A DNA stretch of 64,000 bases from the NCBI RefSeq assembly GCF_964194155.1, contig NC_135883.1:52328001-52392000 (forward strand), in the 5' to 3' direction. The position numbers and the translations under genes were made by a program. Source of the stretch: Cetorhinus maximus. Its lineage: Eukaryota. Position 1 is the stretch's first letter; the number at the start of each line of letters is the position of its first letter. Below, piece after piece: positions 63,288 to 64,000 of this stretch. Below the pieces are notes generated by a model, which saw only the letters and a program-made list of their open reading frames with translations, was not told the DNA's origin and searched no databases.

Positions 63288-64000
63288 ATGTCTGGTAATG
63301 GCTCTGGAAGGGACTGATGATGAAGTTTATTGGGGAGAAGGGTAATGATCATGGTTTTGAAAAGAGAACCATGTTGGCAAAAGGAGATTATGTGGCAGAG
63401 ATTTAATGGGAACAGAAATCAAGGAAGCAGGAGATTGGTCTCATTGGTGAGATGTGCTTGCTGAGGGCTTGGAGGTGTTGGGAGAGAGATGAAGGTTCTA
63501 GGTTAGGATAGGAAGTAGCCTAGTGTTGGGAAGGTTTGGTGGAAGGACCAGAGTAGAAGATGTTACCAGACAGTTGTTGTAGTGCATAGAAACATGGAAA
63601 TATTCTTGCCCTCCAGGATGATCATAGAGTGGTGGGTCCCTTTGGCAGTAGAGGGCAAAGTCCAATAGAGGTTGATGTGATTGAATTGCTGAGGGAATGA
63701 TATGCCACATATACATCCATTGCATCTGCAAAAGTGAAAACAGAAGTCATGCCGAGTGACTGACAGGGTAAAACATTATGAAAGTTTCGTTGGACATGCA
63801 GGTGAGTTTGCCAGTGATGACAGGATGACGGAAAATGCAAACGGTTCAGCCTAATATTTGTCAGTGCAATTTGCACTTCCCTCCCCAACCAGGATTGTTG
63901 CTTGCCTCTCCTTCCCCAAACTGCATGCAAGTGATAGCTAGAGTGTTGGGGCCTGGTTTCCTTCAGCTAACCAGAGAAGAGGATTGCAATTTTGGTTCGC

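Larger units (their letters stand above)
61915..64000 (-). mobile_element. Decayed L2-like LINE, interrupted by a MITE
   Basis: Purine-rich L2-like 3' sequence continuous across the MITE (..AAACTTAAG|GTGTTAGG..CAATGTAGGTCAGC); similar to 12700-13120. Confidence 0.6.

Noticed and set aside
1-64000. CRISPR arrays, prokaryotic operons, rRNA genes
   Set aside because: The sequence is eukaryotic with spliced exons; no regularly spaced direct repeats or rRNA signatures were seen.

Overview
This is repeat-dense vertebrate DNA, most likely from a cartilaginous fish (shark); that is inferred from the CR1/HER1-like, L2, Penelope and Deu-domain SINE content. The only host gene I can support is the 3' end of a peroxidasin (PXDN/PXDNL) gene on the + strand: four coding exons (27203-27323, 31444-31582, 32965-33078, 33581-33706) encoding the RGRR convertase site, a coiled linker and the VWC domain, followed by an AT-rich 3' UTR. 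Most of the rest is nested transposable elements: CR1 LINEs, L2 remnants, Penelope-like elements with hammerhead-like motifs, solo LTRs with 4-bp TSDs, a PIF/Harbinger MITE family with 3-bp TSDs, and a decayed two-gene Harbinger. The most unusual signal is an apparently single-ORF (APE+RT) LINE family with a tRNA-like Pol III A/B-box head. The best-preserved ~3-kb copy (58025-61058, -) has no TTTT Pol III terminator on its sense strand, and a SINE made of this LINE's own head and tail is also present (7792-8125). Together these suggest a Pol III-transcribed protein-coding retrotransposon and its deletion-derived SINE. All coordinates were read by eye, and repeat boundaries without a TSD are approximate.
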